From the IMG/VR virus record IMGVR_UViG_3300045988_068683: DNA of 32,691 bases; one strand, 5' to 3'. Under the pieces are notes generated by a model. That model saw only the letters and a program-made list of their open reading frames with translations. It made no database searches and was not told the DNA's origin. Positions 32,024-32,691 of the stretch are shown here, piece by piece. A program made the translations under genes and the position numbers. Positions within the stretch are counted from its first letter, which is position 1, and each line of letters starts with the position of its first letter. Source of the stretch: a virus.

Positions 32024-32691
32024 GCACGATAACCGTCACAGTGGGTGACATCACGCTTTACGGCGACGCCGGACACGATTTCACACTGGTGTCCATAAGC
32101 GGTTTCGACGATTTGCCGTCAGCCAAGACCGAACAGGATGCTTGGCCTAGGGCTGACGGCAACGCCGTTCCCGGCACCACATACTATGATGGGCGCACCA
32201 TCACCATCAACGGATACTATGCGACCAGTACGGTCGAAGATACGGACGAGATGATGCGCCGTCTCCGCGGCATGGCCGGACGTTTGGTTCCAGTCACCGT
32301 GCAGAAGGGCGCTGGCGTCACATTGTCATGCGATGCGGAACTCAGGTCGATGACCGTTGACGAATACCGGTATCGTGGGAAGGCCGCGTTCCAGATTGGA
32401 TTACTCGCGCCATCCCCCTACCTGTATGGGCCTTTGCGCTCGCAGACGGTCGGCGTGCCGACTGACGGCGAAGGCATCACTGACCCACTGCTCGACCCAT
32501 TGTCCGAAGGCGAAGTCGGCAATCCGGGACGTGTAGCCATCACCGGAAGCGGTTTCGCACCGACGCATCTTGTCGTGAAAATCAGAGGCGGACTCTCCGA
32601 AGGCGTGCGCATCCACTGCATCGAAACAGGCGAAGCGGTCGAATTCCACCGTCAAATCAACCCCGACGAGACGATGGTGTTCGACTTCGAC
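32020..32691 (+). CDS. Distal tail protein (Dit-like), 5' part; continues at nt 56 after the junction
   Basis: TTG 32020 overlaps the TMP stop (TTGA), with GGAAG 9 nt upstream. The frame is open to the window end and in phase with 2..217. The ORF track misses it because it has no stop inside the window end. Confidence 0.7.
   Translation, partial: MSTITVTVGDITLYGDAGHDFTLVSISGFDDLPSAKTEQDAWPRADGNAVPGTTYYDGRTITINGYYATSTVEDTDEMMRRLRGMAGRLVPVTVQKGAGVTLSCDAELRSMTVDEYRYRGKAAFQIGLLAPSPYLYGPLRSQTVGVPTDGEGITDPLLDPLSEGEVGNPGRVAITGSGFAPTHLVVKIRGGLSEGVRIHCIETGEAVEFHRQINPDETMVFDFD
32637..32691. repeat. Terminal direct repeat, copy 2
   Basis: Identical to nt 1-55. Confidence 0.9.

Noticed and set aside
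1-32691. Lysogeny module (integrase, CI/Cro-type switch, excisionase) or plasmid partition genes
   Set aside because: None was found in any frame. The only HTH protein is a 65-aa ORF inside the replication operon, so the phage is described as having no recognisable lysogeny functions rather than as temperate.

Overview
The window is a complete, circularly closed phage genome of about 32.6 kb. Nt 1-55 are identical to nt 32637-32691, and a tail gene reads straight across that junction. It is a siphovirus-type dsDNA phage of a GC-rich Gram-positive host. An actinobacterial, Bifidobacterium-like host is my guess only. No integrase, repressor or other lysogeny module is visible.

Layout:
- Rightward block (16555 -> 32691 -> wrap -> 5067): SF3-helicase/AEP prim-pol replicase, small genes, scaffold, head-tail connector genes, MuF-like protein, candidate portal, large terminase, HNH. 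These are followed by major capsid, major tail, G/G-T chaperones with a GGGAAAA -1 frameshift, a 1339-aa tape measure, Dit, Tal, an S74-chaperone fibre, a receptor-binding fibre, holin and a GH25-SH3 endolysin.
- Leftward block (15352 -> 5159): three tiny early genes, each with its own near-consensus promoter. Then come a GAT-II + amidoligase pair, ERF/SSB/YqaJ/VRR-NUC recombination genes, an SNF2 helicase, dCTP deaminase and MazG-like genes.
- A 1.2-kb ORF-free control region (15353-16554) separates the two blocks.

Most interesting observations:
1. The fibre gene ends inside a 677-bp segment bracketed by 39-bp inverted repeats. The segment carries a second, start-less, convergent C-terminal cassette. 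This is a Mu G-segment-like host-range switch, yet the genome encodes no site-specific recombinase.
2. An uncharacterised GAT-II/amidoligase early module.
3. A 12-unit array of 17-bp repeats, followed by about 580 nt of GC-rich non-coding sequence and an inverted-repeat/alternating-purine-pyrimidine/poly-A element.
4. A domain-permuted helicase-primpol.
5. A scrambled head-gene order.

All function calls rest on motif recognition by eye. No searches were run.
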